A DNA stretch of 64,000 nt, from NCBI GenBank assembly GCA_965207065.1, contig OZ242260.1, forward strand, positions 1,248,001 through 1,312,000. Reading direction: 5' to 3'. Shown here piece after piece: positions 41,540-50,769 of this stretch (its first letter is position 1; every line of letters starts with the position of its first letter). Origin of the DNA: a bacterium (GTDB taxonomy: Bacteria; UBA8248). The notes beneath the pieces are model-generated. The model searched no databases. It was not told where the DNA came from and was given only the letters and a program-made list of their open reading frames with translations. The position numbers and the translations under genes are program-made.

Positions 41540-43318
41540 ATGAATGGTGGCCAGATCATCGTCGATTATCTCGTTCAGGAAGACGTCCCCTACGTCTTCG
41601 GCCTGTGCGGTCACGGGAACATCAGCTTTCTGGATGCGCTCCATGAGCGCGCCGACGAGATCAAGACGCTCTCGGTGCGCCACGAGTCGCTCTCGGGCTT
41701 CATGGCGGACGTGTATTACCGCGTGGCGGGCAGGCCGGTGGCTACCTTCACCTCCTGCGGGCCGGGTTCGGCCAACATGCCGATTTCCCTGGCGAACGCA
41801 TTTTTCGATTCCGTCCCCTTTCTGGCCGTGACGGGCAACATTCCCACCAACCAGTTCAACCGGGGCGCGTTCCAGGAAACCTACCGCCACTACCAGGCGG
41901 ATTTTCCCTCCACCGTGCAGGCTTACTGCAAGCGGGTGTACCAGCCCACGCGGGCGGAGATGGTGCCGCAGTTCACGCGCCAGGCGTGGAAGACGATGAT
42001 GACGGGCAGGCGCGGCCCCGTCGTGCTCGACGTGCCCTTCGACATCTTCAAGGAGGAAACCGAGGTGGAGATGCCCCAGGCGTCTGAGTGGAACGCGAAC
42101 ATCTCCTGCCGATGCGGGGCGGACCCCGATGGCGTGAAAAAGGCTGCCGAAATGCTCACTTCCGCCGAGCGGCCCGTGATTCTCGTGGGCCAGGGCGCGA
42201 AATACGCCGGCGCGGCGGCGAAGATGGTCGCGCTCGCCGAGAAGCTCAAAATCCCCGTGGCTTGTTCATCGAGCGGGATGGGGGCGGTCGACGCGAACCA
42301 TCCTCTGGCTCTGGGCCTCATCGCGAGAAACGGGACTTATCCTGCGAACCACGCCGCGCGACAGGCCGACGTTCTGCTCGCGCTCGGCGTTCGCTTCGAC
42401 GATCGCACCTCGAGCAGCTGGCTGCCCGGCTATTCATTCAACATCCCGCCCACGAAGCTGATTCACGTGGATATCGATCCCGAGGAGATCGCGCGGAACT
42501 ATCCCGTGGCCTTAGGGTTAATGGCGGACGTGGACGTGTTTCTCGATCAGGTGAGTGAAGCGCTCGGGGCCGGGAAGAGCGTGGATATCCCAGAGGCGCG
42601 GGAGGCGTGGCTCCGCCGGATCGACGGCTGGCGCAACGAATGGGAGGAGTTCACGGCTCCCGGCTACCGCGAGGACACCGAACCCATCCACCCCCAGCGG
42701 GCGGCTTTTGAGATCGACAAGGCCCTGCCCGATAACACTATCCTCATCAGTGACGTCGGCGTCCACCACAACTGGCTGATCCAGTGCTGCCGCCCCAAGG
42801 GGCCGCAATCGCTCATCGGCTCCATGGGGTTCGGCGCGATGGGTTTCGGGGTCGCGGGCGTGCTGGGGGCCAAGCTGGCCGCACCGGAGCGGCCCTGCGT
42901 TGCCGTATGCGGAGACGGCGCTTTCGCCATGCACCTGAGCGCCATCATGACGGCGGTGGAGTACGACATCCCCGCCGTCTGGGTCGTCTGGAACAACTAC
43001 GCCTTCGCCTCCATCCGGGGGCTTCAGCGCGGCTACCTGGGTGGCCGGGAGCTGGCCACCGACTTTCAGGAGCACGCCTCCGCCACGCCGTATAACCCCG
43101 ATTTCGCCGCCATGGCGGAATCCGCAGGCATCACGGGCGTCAGGGTGGACAAGGCGGCCGATTTGAGCGAAGCGGTGGATGAGGCGGTGAAAGCCGGACG
43201 CCCCTACGTGATCGACGCGAACATCCAGGGGGAGCAAAATCCAAGCGGCGCAGGCGCCTGGGAGTTGCCCGGCCTGGGGTATGGAGAGCCAGCTATCGGC
43301 GAGCGGACCATTCTTTAG
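41540..43318 (+). CDS. Thiamine diphosphate-dependent enzyme (acetolactate synthase-like family)
   Basis: FGLCGHGN, RHE, GPG, and the GDGAF...WNN ThDP motif. Confidence 0.92.
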   Translation: MNGGQIIVDYLVQEDVPYVFGLCGHGNISFLDALHERADEIKTLSVRHESLSGFMADVYYRVAGRPVATFTSCGPGSANMPISLANAFFDSVPFLAVTGNIPTNQFNRGAFQETYRHYQADFPSTVQAYCKRVYQPTRAEMVPQFTRQAWKTMMTGRRGPVVLDVPFDIFKEETEVEMPQASEWNANISCRCGADPDGVKKAAEMLTSAERPVILVGQGAKYAGAAAKMVALAEKLKIPVACSSSGMGAVDANHPLALGLIARNGTYPANHAARQADVLLALGVRFDDRTSSSWLPGYSFNIPPTKLIHVDIDPEEIARNYPVALGLMADVDVFLDQVSEALGAGKSVDIPEAREAWLRRIDGWRNEWEEFTAPGYREDTEPIHPQRAAFEIDKALPDNTILISDVGVHHNWLIQCCRPKGPQSLIGSMGFGAMGFGVAGVLGAKLAAPERPCVAVCGDGAFAMHLSAIMTAVEYDIPAVWVVWNNYAFASIRGLQRGYLGGRELATDFQEHASATPYNPDFAAMAESAGITGVRVDKAADLSEAVDEAVKAGRPYVIDANIQGEQNPSGAGAWELPGLGYGEPAIGERTIL

Positions 43319-43362
43319 TGAAGTGATAGATAGCGGGTTATGCCCGCAAAAGGAGAGGATAG

Positions 43363-43983
43363 ATGAACGATGAGGCGAGGCTGCGCGCGGCGGCGGACAA
43401 GCTCGAAATGATGGAGGTGTGCATGTTCTCGCACGTCTGTCGGGACGTTGGCGACTGGGATGGTCTGCTGGATTGCTTTCACCCGGACGCGGACATCACC
43501 ACCTCGTGGTTCATGGGCAACGCGCATGCGTTCATCACCGAATCGCGCGATATGATGGAAGGCCATCACACCGATGACACCCAGAAACACATTGCGGGGA
43601 ACACGCGCGTCCGCGTGAGTGGTGAGCGCGGGGTTTGCGAGTATTACCTCACCCTCCACCAGCGCAGGACGATGGATGGCTATGATTTCGATTTCTCGAC
43701 CTGGAGCAGCGTGGTGGATCTGTTCGAGCGCAGGGACGGGCGGTGGCGCGTCATCAAGCGCACGATGATATACGAGAAAGACAGGATGGACCCCCACAAG
43801 CCCGGCGAGGTGCCCGCGTCCTACTTCGAGGCGATGGACCTGACGCCCTACCCCAGGGCGCTTCGCTACCATTGCTGGCGGAACGAAAAATTCAGCGGCA
43901 GCCCGCCATCCGAGAACCTGGTGATGGAAGGAACCGAAAAGTCGCGGGCGATCCGGGAAGAAGCGCGCAGGTGGGTTTCGTGA
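43363..43983 (+). CDS. SnoaL/NTF2-like protein
   Basis: RDVGDWDGLLDCFHPDA, DLFERRDGRWRVIKR. Confidence 0.8.
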   Translation: MNDEARLRAAADKLEMMEVCMFSHVCRDVGDWDGLLDCFHPDADITTSWFMGNAHAFITESRDMMEGHHTDDTQKHIAGNTRVRVSGERGVCEYYLTLHQRRTMDGYDFDFSTWSSVVDLFERRDGRWRVIKRTMIYEKDRMDPHKPGEVPASYFEAMDLTPYPRALRYHCWRNEKFSGSPPSENLVMEGTEKSRAIREEARRWVS

Positions 43984-44065
43984 TGCGGTACGAGCTTTGA
44001 CAATGCGGCGACTGCCGGACATTTTGATTTAATACCAAATATTACCATATCAGATAGGAGAGCGA

Positions 44066-45253
44066 ATGCGTTTCAAGGTTTATGGTCCGTATGAAATTGG
44101 GGTGGATAAAGGTCAGGGCGACTGGATCGATAAAGAAGACATCAAGGCTTTTTGGGAGGAGGTAGGCGACGAATTACAGAAAGCCTGCGGGGTTTATCTC
44201 TTCGGGATGTATGGCCAAGGGAAAACCGGGATTGCCGGGAAAGATCGGCCTTGGTATGTGGGAAAAGCGGAAAGGCTGAATTTCAAAAGTGAATGCTTCA
44301 ATGGCAAGAATACAACCACGTTTAACAAAATTCTGACGAAATACAAGAAAAAGGGAAAACCGTTTTTGTATTTGCTGGCGCGGGTTGAGCGGGTTGATGG
44401 GAATGATGAATTTTCCGAGCTGGCGACCAAAGATAAACCGTACCGGGATGTGGGATTCGTCGAGGAAATGTTCATTCAACTGTCCCTGTCGATGAACAAC
44501 TCTCTTGAGAATATAAACGCGGTGAAAAAGGCCAAGCAAATTTCCATACGAGGGCTTTTGAACACGAAAAAACATCCATCGAAAAGCGTCGATGATTTCA
44601 AAAGCGCGTTCGGAATAAAAGATCGTGAACCTGCGCAAGTTGTTAAATATGAAGATACCAAGTTTAGATATGGGGTCTACGGACCATACCCAGTTCCATT
44701 CAAACAAGCCCCCAATGCCGTCGACAAAGCCATCAGATGTAAGGACGTCAAAGAGATGTGGGATGACATTCGAAAGAGAGAAAAGGGAATGGACGAGGCT
44801 TGCGGCGTATATGTCGTTGGAATACGGAATGGAGGTAACACGAAACCGTGGTATGTCGGCACGGCTGAGAAGGTTAGTTTTGAAGAAAGATGTTTCGAAT
44901 TTCCGGCTGAAACGAACATCGTTAAAAATAAAGGGACGCCTGTAATCTACTTTCTGCCGAAATTGGCGGAAAAAGGAGTTTCTGGGTTTGCGAAGCCGAG
45001 GCGGACTCTGTCTACGCCCGGTGACATGGACTATGTAACAAGGGTGTTGCTCGAGTATGGCATTCAGGAAAACAAGGAGGGTATCTTGCTCGAACCCGCC
45101 GCGCTCCACCTGAAGATTTTGCAGTCCCTGTCCGTCGAGGGTTTTGTAAACTCCCCAAAAGGGGCAGGAAATAAGACTGCGGTAAAGGGGTTGAAGCAAC
45201 TTCTCGGTCTAATGCCGTCAGCCGCTTTATCCCTTCACATCAACTCCAGATAA
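44066..45253 (+). CDS. AT-rich protein with two tandem GIY-YIG-like domains
   Basis: Internal repeat: F.VYGPY...W....ACGVY...PWYVG.AE...F...CF...KG.P..Y.L occurs twice. Confidence 0.7.
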   Translation: MRFKVYGPYEIGVDKGQGDWIDKEDIKAFWEEVGDELQKACGVYLFGMYGQGKTGIAGKDRPWYVGKAERLNFKSECFNGKNTTTFNKILTKYKKKGKPFLYLLARVERVDGNDEFSELATKDKPYRDVGFVEEMFIQLSLSMNNSLENINAVKKAKQISIRGLLNTKKHPSKSVDDFKSAFGIKDREPAQVVKYEDTKFRYGVYGPYPVPFKQAPNAVDKAIRCKDVKEMWDDIRKREKGMDEACGVYVVGIRNGGNTKPWYVGTAEKVSFEERCFEFPAETNIVKNKGTPVIYFLPKLAEKGVSGFAKPRRTLSTPGDMDYVTRVLLEYGIQENKEGILLEPAALHLKILQSLSVEGFVNSPKGAGNKTAVKGLKQLLGLMPSAALSLHINSR

Positions 45254-46389
45254 ATCCGCTTCATGTCCTCCGCGTCTGCGGGCACGGGGTTCGTCGCCAC
45301 CGTGGTGCTGGCGGCCGCTTCGTGCGCCATGCGGTCGAGGTATTCCTCCTTGGCCCCGATGGCCGCGAGTGATTCGGGGATCTCGATGTCGTCCGCCAGG
45401 GCGCGGACGCGGTCGACCGCGAGTTCCGCGTCCTGCGTATCGTCCGCTCCCTCTTCGGGGTTCGCGAGAAGCGGGGCCAGCCGGGCGTAGGTTTCGCGCA
45501 TGGCGGGCAGGTTGAAGCGCATGACGGGAGCGAGGAGTATTCCGTTCGTGGTGCCGTGGTGACCGCCGAAGAAGTTGAAGACCGGGTGCGTGAGTCCGTG
45601 GACGATGCCGAGGCCCGTGTTCGTGAAGGAAGCGCCCGCGAGGCATGCGCCCAGCGCCACGGGGTCGGCGGCGTCCGGGTCGGCGGGGTCGGCGACGAAG
45701 CGCCGCGCATTCTGTCCGATCAGGCCGATTGCCTGGAAACAGAGCGCCTGCGTCCAGGGGGTCGCGCGCGGGGAGCCGAGCGATTCCACCGCGTGGGTCA
45801 AGGCGTCCATCAGCGCGCCCGCGGCGAAGAATTTTGGAAGTGTGGCGAGCAGGGAGGAATCCACTACCGCCACGTCGGCGTAGAGCGCGTCTGAGTGGAT
45901 GCTCGATTTGGTTCCAAGCTCGATGTCGGTGATGATGGAGGCGCGCGTCACCTCGCTGCCCGTGCCCGCCGTGGTCGGAGCCGTGATGAAGGGCGGAATG
46001 GATTTTTCCACCTTGTCCGCGCCGTAGTAATCGCTTATCTTCCCGCCGTTCGCGATGAGCGCCCCCATCGCCTTGGCGGTGTCGATGGCGCTTCCTCCGC
46101 CCACGGCGATTATGCCGGAACATTGGTTCGCCTCATAAAACGCCTGGGCGCGCATGATGCTCGGGTCAGACGGATTGGGCTCCACATCTTCATACAGGCG
46201 GTATTCCACGCCCGCTGCATTGAGGCCTTTCGTCACGGAGTCGAGCACACCGGCGCCAGAAAGCCCGGGGTCCGCGAGCAGCATGGGCCGTGTCATCTCC
46301 AGTCTCTTCGCCTCATTGCCGATGGAGGCGGCCTCCCCCCTGCCGAAGCGCACGCGCGGCACGGCGGACATGCGGAAAGGATCGATCAT
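45235..46389 (-). CDS. Iron-containing alcohol dehydrogenase
   Basis: GGGSAIDTAK, PTTAGTGSE, DALTHAVE, HG...HHG. Confidence 0.93.
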   Translation of the reverse strand: MIDPFRMSAVPRVRFGRGEAASIGNEAKRLEMTRPMLLADPGLSGAGVLDSVTKGLNAAGVEYRLYEDVEPNPSDPSIMRAQAFYEANQCSGIIAVGGGSAIDTAKAMGALIANGGKISDYYGADKVEKSIPPFITAPTTAGTGSEVTRASIITDIELGTKSSIHSDALYADVAVVDSSLLATLPKFFAAGALMDALTHAVESLGSPRATPWTQALCFQAIGLIGQNARRFVADPADPDAADPVALGACLAGASFTNTGLGIVHGLTHPVFNFFGGHHGTTNGILLAPVMRFNLPAMRETYARLAPLLANPEEGADDTQDAELAVDRVRALADDIEIPESLAAIGAKEEYLDRMAHEAAASTTVATNPVPADAEDMKRIYLELM

Positions 46390-46432
46390 GGCTGGTTTCT
46401 CCTTCTGGAAGTTTTCATTCGGTTCGGCAAGG

Positions 46433-46680
46433 GGCTGTTGAAAAACCCGCCCCGCTCGTCCTCCCCCTGCCTTGAAAACCAACCCCCCCTACCCCCCCTT
46501 GTCAGGGGGGCATAAAAAGGCGAAATCCCCCGCCCTCGTCAGGGCGATGCGCCCCCGCCGGACAGAGGGGGTTTTGCTGTTTCTTGCCCCCCTGACAAGG
46601 GGGGGTAGGGGGGGTTGCCTTTATGGGTTTCCCTCTCAAGGGGGTTGTCTTTACCCTCTCAGGGGACTTTTTCAACAGTC
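46433..46680. mobile_element. MITE-like element with 13-bp terminal inverted repeats
   Basis: GGCTGTTGAAAAA ... TTTTTCAACAGTC; internal 33-bp inverted repeat 46480-46512 / 46585-46617; extra right end at 46748-46760. Confidence 0.75.
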
Positions 46681-46773
46681 CTCAAGGGGGGAGTGTTGTC
46701 TCCTCTCTCATCGCTCGGTTCCATGCCCCGAGTCACGAAATGTGGTCTTTTTCAACAGGCCCGGCGCTGCGGG

Positions 46774-47148
46774 TCATTCACCAGCCGCATCGCTTGTGAG
46801 CGCTTCTCGCGGCGGCCAGTCTCCGGATCGGTTCTTGAAAGAAAGATAGACGAGAACGTCGTTGCCGGGATTCTTTAATTCATGCTCCACCCCTAAGGGT
46901 ATGTGGACCACCTCGCCCGCGCCCAGGGTCTTCTCTTCTTCCCCGACGCGGAACCAGCCTGCGCCCTCCAGTATGTGGATGATTTGCTCGCAGCCGTGGC
47001 TGTGCGGACGGGTCGCCTTACCGGGCGGCTGCTCCTGGCGCGTCAGGGTGGTGAACGCGCCGAGGATCATGCTGCCCTCTGAATCTGTGGTGGAGACGAG
47101 GTTGCGCTTTTTCATGTCGTCCCAGCGGTAAAAGGGCATGGCGGGCAC
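46774..47148 (-). CDS. Cupin domain protein
   Basis: PHSHGCEQ...G...GEVVHIPLGVEH. Confidence 0.85.
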   Translation of the reverse strand: MPAMPFYRWDDMKKRNLVSTTDSEGSMILGAFTTLTRQEQPPGKATRPHSHGCEQIIHILEGAGWFRVGEEEKTLGAGEVVHIPLGVEHELKNPGNDVLVYLSFKNRSGDWPPREALTSDAAGE

Positions 47149-47176
47149 CTTCTCTTATCGGCGAGAGACGTACGGA

Positions 47177-48214
47177 CTAGACCAGTTCGGCGATTTTCGC
47201 CTGTAGAAGTTCGTAGTTCGGGCGGCCCATCTCGATTTCGCCGTCGTCTATCATCCGCGCGATCTCTGTCACCGCGTCGTTGAAGGGAGTCGGGATGCCG
47301 AGCTCCCTGGCCCTGCGCGAGACGAGTCCGTTGATGTATTCCATCTCGCTCTTCCGGCCCTTGATGTGGTCCTGAATCGGGGCGGTGCGCGAACGCGGCC
47401 CCACGTGGCCGAGCAGCGTCTTCATGGCCGTGACGAGCACCTGGTCGTCCGAACCCGCGAAATCATCCGAAGAGAGTCCGAACACGGGCTCCACCCCGTA
47501 TCCCAGGGCTTCGCCCACCGCCATCGCCTCTTTTCCGAGCCCGACCGAAAGGTCGATGACGCCCGGAAGCTCTCTGGTCTCGGCGTTCTTGAGTCCCAGC
47601 AGGCCGAATGGCCCCATGGTCATGCAGTTGGCGATGAGCTTCGTCCACTTGGTGCCCTCGATGTTCGTGCTTACCTCAGTGACCGCGACGTGAGCGAAGA
47701 TGTCGCGCACTTCTTCCGCGCGCGGGGTGACCGAGCCGTCCAGTTCCCCCACGGCGAACCAGGTGCCCTTGCGCGGGGTGTTCCGCTGGATGAGGCCGGG
47801 CGTGAATATCTCCGCCGACAGCTCCACGCAGCAGCCCACCACGCGCTCGCGCCCGATGATGGAGGTGATCATATCGTTGTTCATGCTGTTCTGCGCCCCG
47901 ACGAATATGCCGTCGCTCTTGAGGTAAGGCTTGATGAGTTCGCACATCCAGCGGGTGTCGTAGGATTTGACGATGAGGAGGACGATGTCGAAGGTCGTCC
48001 GGAGCGAGGCCAGCTCGCAGAGATGGTGCGCGCGCAGGGGTGGCGTTTTGAGGTCCAGGTCGGGCATCTGGACGTGCAAGCCGTCTTTTCGCATCACCTC
48101 CACGTGTTCGGGCCACTGGTCGATGACGGTGACGTCCAGGCCTGCGTCGGTCAGATCGGCGGACACGCTGCCACCGATGGCGCCCGCGCCGAGTACGGCG
48201 ATCTTCTTGTTCAT
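47177..48214 (-). CDS. Ketopantoate reductase (ApbA/PanE) family oxidoreductase
   Basis: GAGAIG, VKSYDT, QN, KWTKL, QD...GRKSE...ING. Confidence 0.88.
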   Translation of the reverse strand: MNKKIAVLGAGAIGGSVSADLTDAGLDVTVIDQWPEHVEVMRKDGLHVQMPDLDLKTPPLRAHHLCELASLRTTFDIVLLIVKSYDTRWMCELIKPYLKSDGIFVGAQNSMNNDMITSIIGRERVVGCCVELSAEIFTPGLIQRNTPRKGTWFAVGELDGSVTPRAEEVRDIFAHVAVTEVSTNIEGTKWTKLIANCMTMGPFGLLGLKNAETRELPGVIDLSVGLGKEAMAVGEALGYGVEPVFGLSSDDFAGSDDQVLVTAMKTLLGHVGPRSRTAPIQDHIKGRKSEMEYINGLVSRRARELGIPTPFNDAVTEIARMIDDGEIEMGRPNYELLQAKIAELV

Positions 48215-48285
48215 GCTGCACCTTGCCTTTCGGGGCTTTCGCCCTCAAGAGAATGAGAATCGCGACGAATACATGCGTTTCGTGA

Positions 48286-49461
48286 TTAAAAATACTTCAT
48301 TGTGCGGATGCGCTGCGCCTGGTTGGTGCCGGCCGAGTGGAGGAAGCTGATGACGTCGCGCAGGTATTTCTCCATCGGCGCGTCCGTCATGTAGCCCGTT
48401 CCGCCCCAGACCTCGAGCGCGCGCGTGGCGATGCGGAAACCGGCCTCTGAAGTATAGGCCTTGGCCATGTAGCCGAGCTTGGGGTCGTAGTTATCGCGCA
48501 TCGCCCGCCAGGCGGCGTAATGGAGTAGCTGCCGCGACGCCTCGTACTCGACGAAGCAATCCGCCAGCATGAAGCCCACGCCCTGGTGTTCGATGATGGG
48601 TTTTCCGCCCTGGATTCTCGTTTTGGCGAATTCGAGCGCGTCCTCATAGGCGGCGCGCGCGGGGCCCAGGTTCGTGGCGGCGGACTCGATGACCGAGCCG
48701 CGCGAGAAAGGACCCGAACGGGCCGCCACGCCCCCGCCAATCGGCGTGACGCGGTACTCGTCCGAAACGCGGCAGTTCTCAAAAATGAGTTCCGCGTTTT
48801 GCGAGAGCTGCTGGCCCATCTTCTCGTGGATCTTGCCGATGGAAAATCCTTCCATGTCCGGCGTGACCATGAAGTAGGTGACGCCCTGCGAGACGCCGAC
48901 GGTGGGATCGGTGCGGCAGACGAGCACGTAGAGCTTGGCGACCCCCCCGTTGCTGATGTAGTGCTTCTTGCCGTTGATGATCCAGTCATCCCCATCTCGC
49001 ACCGCGCTCGTGCGGACGCCGAGGTCGGGGCCTTCTTCGGGAATAAAGTTCTCCGAACCCACCTCGGGCTCCGTCATGCCGACGGCGAGGTGGAAGCGGT
49101 GATCCTCCAGGAACCGGGGCAGGAATTTCGCGCGCTGCTCCTCGTTCCAGACGATGTCGAGAAAATGGATGATCTTCCAGGTCTGGTCGAAGGTGACGGC
49201 CACGCCCAGATCCCCCCAGCCGATCTCCTCCCCCACGATGCAGAGCGTGAGAATGTCGGCCCCGCCGCCGCCAATCTCCTCGGGGATGGAGAGGGTTCTC
49301 AGGCCGAGCCTGCTCCCGGACTCGAGGATGTCCCAGGGGAATCTCTCGGTGGGGTCCGTTATCCGCTCGCGCTCGCGAACGTGGGGTTTGAGTTCATCTC
49401 TGGCGTAGTCGTGCGCCAGTTTCTGCAGTTCAAGCTGCCGTTCGGTGAGGGTGTAATCCAT
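48286..49461 (-). CDS. Acyl-CoA dehydrogenase family protein
   Basis: MTEPEVGS, INGKKHYISNG, RIQGGKPI, GGTGYM; C-terminal FLHSAGTN. Confidence 0.9.
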   Translation of the reverse strand: MDYTLTERQLELQKLAHDYARDELKPHVRERERITDPTERFPWDILESGSRLGLRTLSIPEEIGGGGADILTLCIVGEEIGWGDLGVAVTFDQTWKIIHFLDIVWNEEQRAKFLPRFLEDHRFHLAVGMTEPEVGSENFIPEEGPDLGVRTSAVRDGDDWIINGKKHYISNGGVAKLYVLVCRTDPTVGVSQGVTYFMVTPDMEGFSIGKIHEKMGQQLSQNAELIFENCRVSDEYRVTPIGGGVAARSGPFSRGSVIESAATNLGPARAAYEDALEFAKTRIQGGKPIIEHQGVGFMLADCFVEYEASRQLLHYAAWRAMRDNYDPKLGYMAKAYTSEAGFRIATRALEVWGGTGYMTDAPMEKYLRDVISFLHSAGTNQAQRIRTMKYF

Positions 49462-49492
49462 CGCTCGCCTTTACGGTTAGGAGAAAATTCGC

Positions 49493-50527
49493 TCAGTCCA
49501 TCACGATCGCCGCGCGGCCCGTAATCGCGCCCGCTTCGAGGCGTTCGTGCACTTTTTCGGCTTCTTCGAGCCGGTAGGTTTCCGTGACCAGGGGCCAGAC
49601 TTCTCCGCGCGCGCAGAGCTCGAGAGATTCGATGATCTCCTGTTTGGTGAACGAGCGGCTGCCCATGACTTCGAGTTCCCCGTTCAGGAGGCTTCCGGCG
49701 GATAGGCGGAACGGCTTGGGCGTGAAGCCGCCCAGCGTCACCAGGCGGCCGCCCTTGTCGAGAGCCTCGGCGGCGGCCTCGAGCGTGGTGTCGTGGGAGA
49801 CGAAATCGACAGCCACGTTCACGCCTACGCCGCCCGTGAGTTCGAGCAGCGCCTCCTTCACGTCGTCCTTCGAGGCGTCGACCGTGGCTTCCGCCCCGAG
49901 TTCTTTACACTGGGCCAGTTTTTGCTCGGAGACATCCACGGCGATGACGCGCGCGTTCGCCCAGCGGGCGAGCATGACCATGTGGATACCCACGCCGCCG
50001 CCCGCCCCGATGACGGCGACGGTCTCCATCGGCTCGATCCGCGCGCGGCGCACCACCTTGTAGGGGGTGACGATGACGTCGCAGATGACGGCCGCCTCGG
50101 CGGGATGGGCCTTGTAGTCCAGGCTCTCGGGCAGGTGAACGTAAACCTGCGAGGGGAGGTTGATGTATTCGGCATAGCCGCCGTCGCGGTGCCTGCCGAC
50201 GAAGCCGGCCATGTTGTCGCAGAGGGGTTCCCTGTTCACCCGGCACCAGCGGCAATACCCGCAGGTGAGATAGCAGTGGAAGGTGACGATGTCGCCCGCT
50301 TTCACGTTCGAGACCCCGGCGCCCGTCTCGACGATCTCGCCCACCACCTCGTGGCCGATGATCATGGGGTAGTCGATGTCCACGCGGCCCGCGCGCGCGT
50401 GGTGAATCGTGAGGCCCGAGCCGCAGGCGATGACGCGCGCCACGGCCTCGCCCGTCCCGGGCGTCGGGTCCGGCACGTCTTCATATGAAAATGGCGCTCC
50501 TTTTTCCCGCAACACCATGGCTTTCAT
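49493..50527 (-). CDS. Zn-dependent alcohol dehydrogenase (MDR family)
   Basis: GHE, CGYCRWC...C, GAGGGVG. Confidence 0.9.
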   Translation of the reverse strand: MKAMVLREKGAPFSYEDVPDPTPGTGEAVARVIACGSGLTIHHARAGRVDIDYPMIIGHEVVGEIVETGAGVSNVKAGDIVTFHCYLTCGYCRWCRVNREPLCDNMAGFVGRHRDGGYAEYINLPSQVYVHLPESLDYKAHPAEAAVICDVIVTPYKVVRRARIEPMETVAVIGAGGGVGIHMVMLARWANARVIAVDVSEQKLAQCKELGAEATVDASKDDVKEALLELTGGVGVNVAVDFVSHDTTLEAAAEALDKGGRLVTLGGFTPKPFRLSAGSLLNGELEVMGSRSFTKQEIIESLELCARGEVWPLVTETYRLEEAEKVHERLEAGAITGRAAIVMD

Positions 50528-50769
50528 GAGAGTCTCCTTCCGAGAGAACCTCCGCGCGCAATGCGAAGACGCGAGCATGTGTGATTGACGGCGGACAATA
50601 TATCGGGATTGTGAAAAAATTAGTAGTGAAGAAGCGAAGAAGAGAAAGCAGCGAGATTTGTAGTGGAATGGGTGTGGTTGGAAATGCTCCGTGCATACCT
50701 TGTATTGCTTTTATCATAGCAGGTAATGTCTAAGAGTCAGTTTCGTGTATCTCTCAGAAAGGGGAGGAG

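Noticed and set aside
46390-46482. N-terminal extensions of ORFs into repeats (also 19203, 56874, 57484, 63922 starts)
   Set aside because: The extensions run through repeat or promoter DNA; downstream starts match family N-termini better.
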